DNA of 27,472 nucleotides from a virus (Duplodnaviria; Caudoviricetes), in the IMG/VR virus record IMGVR_UViG_3300037634_004572, positions 1 to 27,472 of that record; one strand, 5' to 3'. The notes under the pieces were generated by a model, which searched no databases, was not told the DNA's origin, and worked only from the letters and a program-made list of their open reading frames with translations. Both the position numbers and the translations under genes were made by a program. Positions 1-8,900 of the stretch are shown piece by piece (positions within the stretch are counted from its first letter, which is position 1; each line of letters opens with the position of its first letter).

Positions 1-184
1 ATACCGCCTCAATCTGTCCTCCGTATTGTTCATATATCTCTTCCAGCCCTGCTTTAACATGTATCACCTTTTCAAAAAAGTCTTTATATTTTCTCGTATC
101 CCAAGCACTATTGAGGATTATCTTGTCTCCGTCTATGAGAGTATAGCCCGTGATGCTTGTGGATATGTCTAATCCTAAAATCAT
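1..184 (-). CDS. RuvC-like Holliday junction resolvase (RNase H fold), 5' part only, truncated at window edge
   Basis: Not in the ORF track. Manual translation from ATG at 184: MILGLDISTSITGYTLIDGDKIILNSAWDTRKYKDFFEKVIHVKAGLEEIYEQYGGQIEAV. This matches the RuvC N-terminal motif hLGhD...TGY with catalytic Asp, then a helix and the strand that normally leads to the catalytic Glu. It starts 5 nt after the upstream TAG. Confidence 0.82.
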   Translation of the reverse strand, partial: MILGLDISTSITGYTLIDGDKIILNSAWDTRKYKDFFEKVIHVKAGLEEIYEQYGGQIEAV

Positions 185-189
185 ATATA

Positions 190-1461
190 CTATATATCAA
201 GTTTAAGCTTGAATGTCAAGTCTCTATCTTCAGTTTTTTTGACTGGCTTGGCAACAGAGGCGATCCCGATAAGCTTTTTATTATCATCGTAAATACCGAC
301 CTTTGTAATATAAGTCGTCTTTTTGAGGCTTCCGGTTGGGTCTGCGTAGGAAGCAGAATGGATATTTTTGATAGTAAACTCTTTTTCCCCATAAAAATAT
401 GAACCTGTTGTGGCCGCTTTTGCTTTTATTACACTATTATCAATATATGTTGGATTGTTTGTATAGTTTAGTTCGCCGCGGTTGGCGTGGGCAAGCATCG
501 TAACAGTTGGGACCTTTTGTGTTCCGGCGAAATCCAACACAAAAGAAGCAGAAGAGTTTGCCTTGCCGGGTGAGCCGGCGCTGTTATAATTCACTTCATT
601 GGCACCAAAAGCATAGTTCAACCAACTAGGCACGGTAGAAACGGCCGTTGTTCCATCATATTCGTAAGTGCCCAACACCCCATCCTCTAAAGCTTCCATC
701 TGCCACGAGCCGGTTAAAAGTATAAGGCCCTCTTCATATAAAACGACGCCGCCAATTTCTCCATCTTTAGCTGATGAATAGGTGCCCGCTTCTTGAATCA
801 GGGCGCCATTAAAATATTTATCTCTTAAGCTTCCTGCCAATGTTCCTGTTATATAATAATCAAGCTTTACTGTTCCTTTCTTTATCTCAGAACCATAAAA
901 AACTGATGGGATGTCTATTACATTTATACCGGTGTCGTCCACGTTGCCCGTGAGGCTATAATGTTGCCCAAGCCTGGCGGCATAATCAACGCTATTCCTA
1001 ATAGCGCTGCCTGTTTTGTTTGTAGTAAAGAAATATTTTGGAGTCTCATTATAAAAACGACGGACAATACTGGACGACATTTGATAACTGCTCGTGATTA
1101 CGGCGCCGGGTAAATAGTCACTTATAAAATTGCCACGTTTTATTTCCTTAAACGCCAGTTTTGATGAACCCTTATACACAAACGGGTAAATCAAGCCGGT
1201 ATCGGCAACATTTTCGTGAGAGTCAGCAGACTGGGAAGGGCCGATGACTCTGCCGGTGGCGGTCGACGCGCGGTCAACATTTAACTCAAACAGGCTAACG
1301 TGACCAGTGGGAACGCCACATACGTTGGCTACAAAAGAACCGGACTCGGTGGCCTTATTGTTGTAATAAATACTTCCGAGATATATGAAGAAAGAACTAC
1401 TGGGGTGGGTTTTAATCTGATTATAAAAAACATCACCCACTCCAAATTCGTAGAGAGGCAT
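190..1461 (-). CDS. Putative virion structural (baseplate/fibre attachment) protein, 423 aa; paralog of 1473..2639
   Basis: Long ORF with SD GAGGAG in the 1462-1472 gap. C-terminal YITKVGIYDDNKKLIGIASVAKPVKK...KLKLDI resembles the C-half of the P2 gpH N-terminal (DUF3751) domain. Shares IKKG, GxxxYxxG and NYxxNPTY motifs with its neighbour. Confidence 0.7.
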   Translation of the reverse strand: MPLYEFGVGDVFYNQIKTHPSSSFFIYLGSIYYNNKATESGSFVANVCGVPTGHVSLFELNVDRASTATGRVIGPSQSADSHENVADTGLIYPFVYKGSSKLAFKEIKRGNFISDYLPGAVITSSYQMSSSIVRRFYNETPKYFFTTNKTGSAIRNSVDYAARLGQHYSLTGNVDDTGINVIDIPSVFYGSEIKKGTVKLDYYITGTLAGSLRDKYFNGALIQEAGTYSSAKDGEIGGVVLYEEGLILLTGSWQMEALEDGVLGTYEYDGTTAVSTVPSWLNYAFGANEVNYNSAGSPGKANSSASFVLDFAGTQKVPTVTMLAHANRGELNYTNNPTYIDNSVIKAKAATTGSYFYGEKEFTIKNIHSASYADPTGSLKKTTYITKVGIYDDNKKLIGIASVAKPVKKTEDRDLTFKLKLDI

Positions 1462-1472
1462 TTATGCTCCTC

Positions 1473-2639
1473 CTAGTAGTCTAATCTAACACGCAATGTA
1501 ACCTCATTGGTCGGATCTTTGCGTAACGGCTCAGAAAGTTTTGCCACAGCAAGCAACTCATTATCGGCCGAATATAACCCAATAGTCGTGAAATATGAAA
1601 CGGGAGTATCGGAGGCGCGAGTCTTCACACGAATTTTACTTGCGCTAAGATAAGTTGGATTTGAACTATAGTTAAAGTCAGTATGTGATGCTCGACAGAA
1701 ATAAATTGTTGAATTAAGTTCTGTGGTGTTATTGAAAGAAATATTATAAATTCTATTTCTTAAACTATTTGCCATCACTCCTATAGTAGAAGCAGTAATC
1801 GCACTAAAGCCGGTCGAGGCTCCATCCGTGCCGAAGCCGGCGCCAAGCTCTAAGCCAATTGATTTGGTATCGCCAGCAACGGCAGGATCAATATGCTGTA
1901 AGGCGCCGCCGCTGCCCGTTCCGTTAAAGGCCGATCCAGAAATGACTGCTATACCGGCTTGATAATATATAAGACCAAGGGCTGGGTTTGCATTGGTGCT
2001 AGTTCCTGTTTCCCCACTCAAATATAAAGTTGCGTTATTAGTATTGGCAGACGTTGTACCATATAAAACGCCATATTCACCGACGGGAGAATCAACATAG
2101 TAACCATCAGAACCAGAAGTATCTGATAACTGAATTCTTTCATTGAATATCGGGTCTCCATGACCGTGGGCGCCGCTAACACCTAGTTCTAAAGTAAAAG
2201 ATCCCTTCTTGATCTCATCTTTGGTCAAAAGTCGGCTAAACGGGACAAAATAACAAGAATGCATCTCGGCGCCGTCAGTCGGCATAGTGAACTTCTTGAT
2301 CGATCCTGTGTCATCATATCCTACCAAATATTGTGCCATCTGGTTATAAATGTTAACTTTCTTGGACGTTTGAGAAGTAGTCGAGGCCGAGAGGGGAGAT
2401 GTGGTTGCGAGACCAACCGTAATGTCAAAGATTTGATTCGCCGAGGAACTTAAATAGGGGTAATCATATACACTATCAAGCATCCCGTGGCCATAAGTTT
2501 TAACATTGTTATCACCATCTGACGCGGCATTAGTGTAAGTCCCCGATACAATCGAGCCCGTGATCGGGATTGCTTCGTGAAGAAGCGTCCTCGTCTGCGC
2601 AAGGTCGTTACTCTTAAAATTCTTAAATGTTGTTGCCAT
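1473..2639 (-). CDS. Putative virion structural (baseplate/fibre attachment) protein, 388 aa; paralog of 190..1461
   Basis: Long ORF with AGGA-type SD in the 2640-2655 gap. C-terminal YFTTIGLYSADNELLAVAKLSEPLRKDPTNEVTLRVRLDY; internal IKKGSF, GLIYYQAG and FNYSSNPTY motifs; Ser/Thr/Gly rich. Confidence 0.7.
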   Translation of the reverse strand: MATTFKNFKSNDLAQTRTLLHEAIPITGSIVSGTYTNAASDGDNNVKTYGHGMLDSVYDYPYLSSSANQIFDITVGLATTSPLSASTTSQTSKKVNIYNQMAQYLVGYDDTGSIKKFTMPTDGAEMHSCYFVPFSRLLTKDEIKKGSFTLELGVSGAHGHGDPIFNERIQLSDTSGSDGYYVDSPVGEYGVLYGTTSANTNNATLYLSGETGTSTNANPALGLIYYQAGIAVISGSAFNGTGSGGALQHIDPAVAGDTKSIGLELGAGFGTDGASTGFSAITASTIGVMANSLRNRIYNISFNNTTELNSTIYFCRASHTDFNYSSNPTYLSASKIRVKTRASDTPVSYFTTIGLYSADNELLAVAKLSEPLRKDPTNEVTLRVRLDY

Positions 2640-2655
2640 ATTATTATCCTATCCT

Positions 2656-3594
2656 TTAGACTTTCTTACAATATTTAACTGGGACATCAATCCGATAACC
2701 CGTATTAACACCCGTAACTCTAATGGTTGACTTAATAGTTTGGAAAGAAGCGCCGAGGGAGGCCGTAACTGTATCGGCAATTGTTTCGGTGGTGCCTATT
2801 GTATCAAAGAGGTAGGTGCTTGTATTCAACTCAAGAGATGCTCCGACCCTGAACACTATTTTAGTGCCGCGGGGGCCTTGAATCGCTTGATTTAACGATT
2901 TTGTAGTATCTTTAATGGCTGTAACATATTCCCTATCTGTTCCTCGTGAAAGGTAATAAGAAGCTATATTATCATCATCAACAAAGGATATACTAGCTCG
3001 GGGGGCGCCTTCTTTGGCTGCCACTATGTGGCCCAAACGATTGTCCATTTCAATCATATACTGTGTTTCGACCAGGAGGGGATCAAGAGTCCGTGACGGA
3101 GCTATTTCAGCAGCATCAAGTCCTTGGTCGATTCGAATGCGATTGGCATTCGATGCGGGGGTTTCCCCAAACAAAATTCCCTGCTGGGGGTCGCCGGCGA
3201 AGGTGTTGTTCAGTTCTGTCTGTGAGTCTGCATCGACGGCAATCAGAAAAAACCCAGTCGAATGTTTGGCTGTTGCTGTAGTATCAAAAACTTCATTCAA
3301 TTTCAGCATGGGGAGATAAAGGATATTGTTTCTTGGAATTGAGATTAGTTTGGATTTCATAGAAGCTGCGTTGTCGGTGAACGCCTCCAATATTGGAGTT
3401 TGTAATACTGCCAAGTCGTAATAAGCAGAGCCTCTAGAGTCGGTCTTATCATAAAGCTCATAGTTGATTTCATCATCACCGAGAGCAAACTTTACAATCT
3501 TAAAACTGCCGTCTCCTCTTGCCAGTCTCATCCGGCCTGTGTCCGTCAAAACGGCATCAAGTATGATGTCGCCCGAATTGTCTAAAAATCCCAT
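2656..3594 (-). CDS. Putative virion structural protein, 312 aa, with DUF3751-like N-terminal half
   Basis: SD AGGAGAGG at 3601-3608. N-terminus MGFLDNSGDIILDAVLTDTGRMRLARGDGSFKIVKFALGDDEINY resembles the hTxxGxxxLA...hxxhAhGD start of phage fibre-attachment domains and the N-terminus of 9687..10751. Confidence 0.7.
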   Translation of the reverse strand: MGFLDNSGDIILDAVLTDTGRMRLARGDGSFKIVKFALGDDEINYELYDKTDSRGSAYYDLAVLQTPILEAFTDNAASMKSKLISIPRNNILYLPMLKLNEVFDTTATAKHSTGFFLIAVDADSQTELNNTFAGDPQQGILFGETPASNANRIRIDQGLDAAEIAPSRTLDPLLVETQYMIEMDNRLGHIVAAKEGAPRASISFVDDDNIASYYLSRGTDREYVTAIKDTTKSLNQAIQGPRGTKIVFRVGASLELNTSTYLFDTIGTTETIADTVTASLGASFQTIKSTIRVTGVNTGYRIDVPVKYCKKV

Positions 3595-3622
3595 GTTTTT
3601 CCTCTCCTGAAGGTGTCAGTAA

Positions 3623-3630
3623 TAAATAGT
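3623..3630 (-). promoter_or_regulatory. ACTATTTA box, putative phage late promoter
   Basis: Exact copy in the intergenic gap, 28 nt upstream of the ATG at 3594; same octamer in three other gaps. Confidence 0.65.
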
Positions 3631-3650
3631 ATATTAAAAATGTTTTATCT

Positions 3651-5921
3651 CTATTCTATGCTAGACCGAATGCGTTTCTGTTTGAAGTCGACATTAATAT
3701 CAAGTTTTTTACCAGTAGATTTAGATATTAGCCTTATCTTGAATGCCTTTCCTATTAAGGATTCGTCTTCGAGCCCCAACACCATAGGGGTGTGTCCGGC
3801 GGCGCTGGCCAAGCCATCGGATCCTATAAGTCCAGACGCCTCTTCGTTAAGAAACACTTGCGACATTCTTGGCAAAATTTGTATTATCTTCCTTGCCGAT
3901 TTCGTTGGTGTCTTGGGTTCTATAGAGCCAAACTCAAAATGACGAATTATGGGGTATCCCACGCCTCCATCATTATATAGTTCTATTTCATAAACTGTGC
4001 TTGGATTTGATAAACCACCATGCGCGTCGACTGTTCTAAAGATATAATAATATTTTTGATTTGGAGCTTGTGTTATGAATGCTGTAACAGAACTTGCCGT
4101 GATAGTTATACCCGCTGTGTCTGTCGTAGTAGTGCTCACCTCTGCTATAAGTTTATTCGCAAAATCTTCGATAACTATTGGTGGTTCGGCAACCCGATAT
4201 ATTTGAAAAGCAGAGGCGTGATCATCAGACTTAAAAGTTATTTTTCCGTCATTTCTATTCTGATTTGTGGCAATCTGAGATACGTCTGCTTCTTCTTCCT
4301 CTGTTAAGGCAACGGGTTCCACGTCTTCGTTACCTGTCGCTGAGGTGAAGAATATTTTTATTTTGTTGGGATCTCCCTTTATCGGGAAAAACTTCATGTC
4401 TGGCTGCAACGGCGGGTTGTCCAGGATCCTTCCTGTTGACATAAACAAACCCACTTCTACTAATTTAATCAGAGGCCTTATTTCAACTGTAATATCACAT
4501 TCAAATGGGGTTGAAACCCCGCCGGTGCCCGGGCCAGGCCCGGCCGGGCCTCCGGTGACATCGCCAATTTCTGTATATTCGTATTCGGCGCCAAATACAG
4601 CCTGGTATGCTGTCACAACATAAGTGTATTCTAGATTGTATTTCACCTGTGTATCACTAAAAATAAATTCCCGTTGCGCAGACAAAAATTCTTCAACCTC
4701 ACCGGAACTCATAAAATAAAAAGTCTGTATAGGATCCGCAGTGGTCGGATCAGGGCCCAAGTATTTTTGTATTTTATACATTAAAGTTTCTGAGTAAGCC
4801 AGGTCGCCGCGATTAAGGGCTTCAAAATCTCTGTATACGTCGAAAACCATTCCTTTTAAGAGCGTCTTAAATGGGCCGATTTCGAATGCGAGGGTGTCGT
4901 CCGGATAGAGAGCGCGCTCACTTGAGTCAGTCGCGGGGCCGATGAAGGTATGATCTGTTGGAAGGGGTGTGGGGCCGACGGACCAGCCGCCGGCGTCGTC
5001 GTCGGCCCAATCCAACAAGTCGACCACCTTGGCGTCGGCCGAAAAAACAAAAGGTGTTTCTGTTACTATCGGTGTACCAGAATCCGTATAATATTTTGTT
5101 GAATAAGTGATGAGGTCGGTTCCGACGGTCACTGTCTCCCCAGCAATTCCCTCCAAATCTCTAGTTAAGATAGCCCCCATCTTTGTATCTTCCATTATTT
5201 TAGCAACTTCATTGTTTTCATCTAATGGGATATTAATATCGACATACATGGGAAATAAATATCTACTGCCGTTATAATCAGCTATTAAGGGAGTATTTTC
5301 AATAGGAACAATTTGATTTTCAAGGTGTCTGTGCTCGTCGGGGGCGGAGACGAGGATCTCCGTAGGTGCCATTAAAACATCGAAGTCCACGGGCCCGTCG
5401 GCTTCATCAGTGCCCACCTTGGTCGTTGCGTCCAACATAGCATACATACTAGGTATTACCACATGATCGGCATCATCAATCATAGATAAAGACGCCTCGT
5501 AATAGGAATCATAATAGTTGTAAGTGTATTTCACACCGCTTATAGCATCTAGAGGGTCTGTATTAAGAATAAGCGCCTCCTCTAAGGTTATTGGGTTGTT
5601 TAAAGATGTGGCGAAATCGTGAAAATAACCTGGCGCGTCGACAGAGGTAAGATCTCTCAAAGAATGCACGAAGTTGCCGCCTTCGCGCGCGTCGATGGGC
5701 CCATTTGAAACCACAGTAATGGTCTGTGTGTATACTGCTTCGAACGGTTCGATAAGGGTCGGCTCCGAAATCTCTCTTATGAACATATCATCTGGATCTT
5801 TCACGAGAAACTCCACGGCTCCCCCCGGCACCAGGGGAAGCCAAGAACCAAATTTGGCTCGGAATTTATCAACCCCATTAACTAACGTGGGGTTTAAAAG
5901 AAGTATTTTCTTGTTTGCCAT
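3651..5921 (-). CDS. Acidic uncharacterised structural protein, 756 aa, with fibronectin type III/Ig-like beta-sandwich motifs
   Basis: FN3-like signatures FSDTQVKYNLEYTYVVTAY and NQKYYYIFRTVDAHGGLSNPS; Gly/Pro linker GGPAGPGPGTGG; start overlaps the upstream stop (TAATG at 5921). Confidence 0.6.
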   Translation of the reverse strand: MANKKILLLNPTLVNGVDKFRAKFGSWLPLVPGGAVEFLVKDPDDMFIREISEPTLIEPFEAVYTQTITVVSNGPIDAREGGNFVHSLRDLTSVDAPGYFHDFATSLNNPITLEEALILNTDPLDAISGVKYTYNYYDSYYEASLSMIDDADHVVIPSMYAMLDATTKVGTDEADGPVDFDVLMAPTEILVSAPDEHRHLENQIVPIENTPLIADYNGSRYLFPMYVDINIPLDENNEVAKIMEDTKMGAILTRDLEGIAGETVTVGTDLITYSTKYYTDSGTPIVTETPFVFSADAKVVDLLDWADDDAGGWSVGPTPLPTDHTFIGPATDSSERALYPDDTLAFEIGPFKTLLKGMVFDVYRDFEALNRGDLAYSETLMYKIQKYLGPDPTTADPIQTFYFMSSGEVEEFLSAQREFIFSDTQVKYNLEYTYVVTAYQAVFGAEYEYTEIGDVTGGPAGPGPGTGGVSTPFECDITVEIRPLIKLVEVGLFMSTGRILDNPPLQPDMKFFPIKGDPNKIKIFFTSATGNEDVEPVALTEEEEADVSQIATNQNRNDGKITFKSDDHASAFQIYRVAEPPIVIEDFANKLIAEVSTTTTDTAGITITASSVTAFITQAPNQKYYYIFRTVDAHGGLSNPSTVYEIELYNDGGVGYPIIRHFEFGSIEPKTPTKSARKIIQILPRMSQVFLNEEASGLIGSDGLASAAGHTPMVLGLEDESLIGKAFKIRLISKSTGKKLDINVDFKQKRIRSSIE

Positions 5922-8900
5922 TAGTAACCACCCCTACGGGGGCCGCGGGTTGTCATGGGGCCGCGGGTTGTTGGAGCACTAGTGCGGCGAACAGGACCAG
6001 CGGCCCTTTGGCCTGCCATGGCAGCAACGACACCCGATGGTGTTTCCTTGTCTATTTTCTTGGCAGGATACATACCAAACTTGGTTCCGACGCGAGAATA
6101 TATATTCGGTTGCCTCACAATTGCCGTCGTGGTAAATTCTGGCATTAAGCCCGATAAACCCCGGGTTCTACGCAAAAGGCGTCTCAAAACTTGTGCCCCT
6201 GTAGAGTTTAAGTCTTCATATTCAACTAAACGAGTGATAAATATTCCTTCTTCTGTGCTCTCCTCTTCTACATCTGGGGCGGTTGGTTCTTCTATCTCGT
6301 CTCCGACGCCAAGAGGTTCTGGGGCGCCTAGGTTCTTTGGTGGGGCGCGCAAAAGGAAATGCTGATTAAATTCTGGGAGTTTTAATTTTTCACTCTTTTT
6401 GATAATCCCATTAAACTGCTGCCAGCTTCTCATTCTACAAAGAGCAGGTCGACTAGATTTAATAACCCTGTCGAGTTGTTTTTTCGTTAGGCGCGCGTAA
6501 ATGGGGTCTGTTAATACCGTTCCACCATTTTTATCTCGCCCAAAGCCAACTAAAATTTGAATCTGATTCATATGTGCATAATTAAAATAATATAATCCGG
6601 CAAGTAGAGGAGATTTTAATAGATCCTCTCCTTTTGCTTCCAAAATATCAAACCAATTTCTATTCGTTTTAGAGTTTTCACTTAAAAATATTGATTTAAT
6701 CTGGTTCGGAACTCTCCGGAAAAATGCATTTTTCTTAGCAACTGAATTTTCCTGCTTGTCGAGGCTTTTAGAAAGAAATTTATCTACAATATTTTTGGGA
6801 TTGGATGCGCGCAGGGATTTGATAGATCGTTGTTTTTTAATTATAGGCTGATCCGAACCAAACGAAATAGAATTTCGTGCAAACACGCTGGAGATGTGCG
6901 ACAAATCTTCTTCGTCAATCAACTCCATAGTTATGGCGGCCGGGTCTTCTGTCTCAAGTGCGTCTGTTGCAAATTTAGTATCCGTGCCCATGACTTCCTT
7001 GGGATCAATCCCTGATACTAATTCTTCCTCCAAGCCTTCGGAGAGATCCGTTGCCAGTTCAAGCTTCGCAAAGGCGGTCGGCGACATAATCATAGTACCC
7101 AAACTAGACATGACGACACTAGAGGCAACATTTGTTGTTAAGGTTTCTTTATCAACTTTTGATACGGAAGATTGATGTGCGCTGCCGAAGGAAACCGGAG
7201 GTTTTAACTTTGTCATATTTGATGTCCTTGGTGACATCGAAGTGGCAGTCCCTTCTCCCCCCAACTGATCTGGTACATTTGTACAAGCTAATATAGAAGT
7301 CAACATAGCATTATATGGAGACGCCCTCCACAGGCGTGGGCCGCGGCGTAGAAGTCTCAAAACATTATCCTGCCCAAAATGAATTTTAGCCGGAGTCAAA
7401 TATGAATAATAAGAATCTTCAAGATTTATAAATTGCGTAAAATCTCTGATCGCGTTGGCGCCAGATTCCCCCTCTTCTTCAGAAATTCTTGCATTGTCTT
7501 CGAAAGTCGGGTTTACATTAAAATATTTTAAATGCTCTTGAGACATACGCCTTTGGAATCGAGCAACTGATATCGCTTGAAGTCCTAGATTTCGACGTTC
7601 GGGAACACCAAGATAATCATATCCTACAAAATTTTGCACATCACTCCTGTGAGTCTTTTTAAAGTGCTTCTTCAAATGAATAGAAGTCTTAGAAACTGAT
7701 TTGCTTTTATATGCAGTGGTCCTAGTATTAAAATCATATTCATTGATCATTCTGTGCTTTTTGCCTAGAACTTTCGTTATTTTGTTCTCCAGTCTTTCAA
7801 AAAGATTTAAGGTTCTTTCTAAGCCATCAAGAGTCCCAACATTCGGATCGGTAAGGTTATGTAAAAGATTCCCTAATCTCAGAGCCTCCGCCGGCTCGAT
7901 GTTGGTCAGATTGTTCATTATATCCACATATGTTGAAATCGATGTGATCCATGGGGCTCTAGCAATTCCCTTCTGAATGAATTGGCTCCTGCGATTTTTA
8001 CTATTATTTAAAATTTGCCCCTGTTCGGGTATCGGATATGCATTAACAACCTCGTTGATAAACTTTTGCTTAAAATGACCGGTAGAAAAATCATAGTTTT
8101 CTCTCCGAGTGGCCGCGGTATAATATTCAACCATTAACCTCTTGGCCTCCATAAGTTTATTAAGTTCTCCCTCAACAAAAGGAATCGTGCCGTCTTCTAT
8201 TTCAAATTCCACGCTGTGAGTGTAGGTGCCGTCAGTTCGTGTAGCCATGCCAAAGTCACTAACTGTATATGTTCTTATTCCCCGATCACGAACGAAAGCT
8301 AAGTCAAGCTCTTTGATGCCGCCTGTTACAATCTCTTCTGAATCGGCCATATCTGGTTCGCCAGGTCGTGTCATTCTTCTGCTTCTCAGTACATTTTTAT
8401 TATTATCCCTGCTAAACGCAACCATTTCAGTCCTATCTTCATAGTCGACTAATACTGGATCGTTCCTTCGAAGGCCTGGTTCAACCCTGTGTCGAAAAAC
8501 ACGAAGATTTTTAATTTTGCTTCCAGAAAGAACTTTTTTGCGGGCTTTTGGATCCAGCGTATCCACCATTCTACCAAATTGTGATTTTTCAACAATAGTT
8601 TTATAAAAATTCAAATGAAAAATGAATCTTAACTCATTGTGTTTATTAAAAGAATATTCGGGTTCTGTGATATACGCATTTTTAAAAGGTTTCCGCATCT
8701 GGCGCGCAGACTTATTCTCTTTCATTTTAGGATGCTTCTTTCGGGCCGGCTTCAAGAGTAGCTTGGCGGTTCTGGCGCGACTCAATAAACGATAATCGTT
8801 AATAATAAAATTTGAAATTATCTTTTCTTCTAGAGGGGGATGGGGGAAAGGAGTATGAAAAGCTCCGGCCATATATCTACCAACGCCATCTTTTTCCTGG

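Noticed and set aside
183-197. AT near-palindrome atatatactatatat at the RuvC-like gene start
   Set aside because: Low-complexity AT sequence spanning a stop codon; no support for a function.
3595-3650. Possible terminator in the longest intergenic gap
   Set aside because: Only a weak AT-only stem (taaaa-atg-tttta) is present, with no GC hairpin plus U tract.
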